From Anaerolinea sp. (GTDB lineage: Bacteria; Chloroflexota; Anaerolineae; JAAEKA01), in assembly GCA_014879765.1 (NCBI GenBank), contig JACSRL010000495.1, forward strand, positions 1 through 54,711: a DNA stretch of 54,711 nucleotides, written 5' to 3'. The notes below the pieces were generated by a model. That model was not told where the DNA came from. It saw only the letters and a program-made list of their open reading frames with translations, and did not search any database. Positions 53,514 through 54,711 of the stretch are shown piece by piece. A program made the translations under genes and the position numbers. Position 1 is the stretch's first letter. Each line of letters starts with the position of its first letter.

Positions 53514-54711
53514 CTACTGCCGCGCCATGATGATCTTCATATCAGCTTCGCTATCCGGAATCAGCTCGCCGGACAGATCCAAAGCGACACGCTTGATGGT
53601 TCCGGTGAAGCGGAACTCATCGCTGTATTCCTCCCTTGCCACGAGGTCGCCGGCGTCATAGCCGCAGCTTAGTCCCTCCGTGCCCCACATGTTGAGCATC
53701 GAATGAGGCATGTCGATGCTGGCGACCAGCTTGCGGTTGATGTAAAGCTGGCCGCGCGCCGGCACACCTTTGCCCTGAGCAGGATCGGGTTTGCCGGTTG
53801 GCTCGAACTCATAACGCAGCTCGACTTCACCCTCCGGCACCACCTCACTAGACTTCAACCAGAACTTGTCGCGGGCGAGCCAGTTGTACAGGAAGTACAG
53901 CTTGTGGTCTTTGACAAAGAAGGTGAAGCCGCTGGTGCCGCCGCCTTGCGCCAACAGCACGCCCTCAGCGCCGCCTTGTGGGATCAAGACCTCGGCCGTG
54001 ATGCTCCAGGGCCGATTGTAAGTCTTGGGCGTCGCGGCAAACGGCACCGGCGACCCACCAGGGTAGAAGACGACCTTGTTGCGCGGCTTGGCGATGGTGG
54101 GGCGTTCGACATTGATACGCTGGAGCGCGCTGCCGTCGATGGGCAAGACGTCGTACTTGCCCGCCTCGGCCCACCAGCGGCCGATCATTTCGATCAGCTT
54201 GTCGCGCCGTTCAGCGGCCAGATTGTGGCACTCGGAGTAGTCCTCGTCTACGTGATACAACTCCCAGTCGTGCGTTTCGATGTCCAGAAGCACGGTGTTG
54301 TCGATGGGCGTGCCAAAGCGGCGACCCTTCTGGGCGGCCTCCGTGAAGTTTGGCCCCGGCCAGGGGCAGACCGCCCGCCAGCCGTCGTGGTAGATCGCCC
54401 GGTGACCGAACATCTCGAAATACTGAGTGTGGCGATTGCTGGACGCAGTGGCTTCGTTGAAAGAGTGGGCGAAACTCACCCCGTCGATAGGCGCCTGGGC
54501 CACACCGCGGATGTTCTCCGGCGCTTCGATGCCAAGGCTATCCAAGACCGTCGGGACAAGATCGATGATGTGCCCATACTGCGGCCGGATCTCGCTGTGT
54601 GCCTGAATCGCTTTTGGCCACGACACGATGCACGGGTCGGTGGTGCCGCCGCGGTAGGTCTCGCGCTTCCAGCGGCGGAAGGGCGTGTTGCCGGCGTTGG
54701 TCCAGCCCCAG
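53514..54711 (-). CDS. arylsulfatase, C-terminal approx 400 aa (gene continues past the right edge)
   Basis: The frame is open to the window end (…NAGNTPFRRWKRETYRGGTTDPCIVSWPKAI…). Motifs LVPTVLDSLGIEAP and PIDGVSFAHSF are typical of large AtsA-type sulfatases. The catalytic N-terminus is not in the window. Confidence 0.85.
   Translation of the reverse strand, partial: WGWTNAGNTPFRRWKRETYRGGTTDPCIVSWPKAIQAHSEIRPQYGHIIDLVPTVLDSLGIEAPENIRGVAQAPIDGVSFAHSFNEATASSNRHTQYFEMFGHRAIYHDGWRAVCPWPGPNFTEAAQKGRRFGTPIDNTVLLDIETHDWELYHVDEDYSECHNLAAERRDKLIEMIGRWWAEAGKYDVLPIDGSALQRINVERPTIAKPRNKVVFYPGGSPVPFAATPKTYNRPWSITAEVLIPQGGAEGVLLAQGGGTSGFTFFVKDHKLYFLYNWLARDKFWLKSSEVVPEGEVELRYEFEPTGKPDPAQGKGVPARGQLYINRKLVASIDMPHSMLNMWGTEGLSCGYDAGDLVAREEYSDEFRFTGTIKRVALDLSGELIPDSEADMKIIMARQ

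Overview
GC-rich bacterial chromosomal segment, transcribed almost entirely on the minus strand. Gene content and repeat style look Chloroflexota-like, but taxonomy cannot be fixed from this window. All family names come from reading motifs in the translated ORFs, and no searches were run.

Layout:
(1) 1-8.8 kb: a truncated prophage-like block with a ParB-domain DNA methyltransferase, an AAA_24/Sak4-like ATPase, a small HNH-like protein and a large terminase. The terminase P-loop is split by a 420-aa LAGLIDADG intein. The block ends at a strong bidirectional terminator and has no portal or capsid genes.
(2) 8.9-15.5 kb: redox and stress genes. These are a glutaredoxin-like/thioredoxin reductase fusion, DUF427, YceI, an ECF sigma/anti-sigma pair, two convergent DUF1684 paralogs and a DUF3179 lipoprotein. 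There is also a peroxiredoxin-like gene with an in-frame TGA at the first Cys of its CxxC motif, a candidate selenoprotein.
(3) 15.5-27 kb: pentose-phosphate genes (tkt, tal, gnd, zwf) interrupted by a merR-merA-higA module with a classic long-spacer mer operator.
(4) 27.3-36.5 kb: a copper island. It contains a CopB-type ATPase, a small multicopper oxidase, a two-component system, a Met/Gly-rich PepSY protein, a His/Met-rich secreted protein, a cytochrome c, DUF2085 and DUF3105.
(5) 36.9-46.5 kb: a 14-gene Cys-rich thiol/metal redox island bracketed by two ArsR regulators. Genes include VKOR-Trx, a Grx-like protein, an Fe-S-domain protein, FmdE, two Trx_3, TauE, an AhpD-like protein, a PIG-L deacetylase, OsmC, two DGC proteins and a GcvH-like protein. 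An IS630 element splits one gene. This is my best candidate for an undescribed system.
(6) 46.5-48.2 kb: decayed gene fragments.
(7) 48.2-54.7 kb: SulP, DUF2254, a ClC channel, a 78-aa Gly/Pro tandem-repeat peptide whose repeats differ only at synonymous sites, a DUF6325-like protein and a partial arylsulfatase.

Many intercistronic spacers are filled with long hairpins built from inverted arrays of short tandem repeats. No rRNA, tRNA or CRISPR array was recognised.
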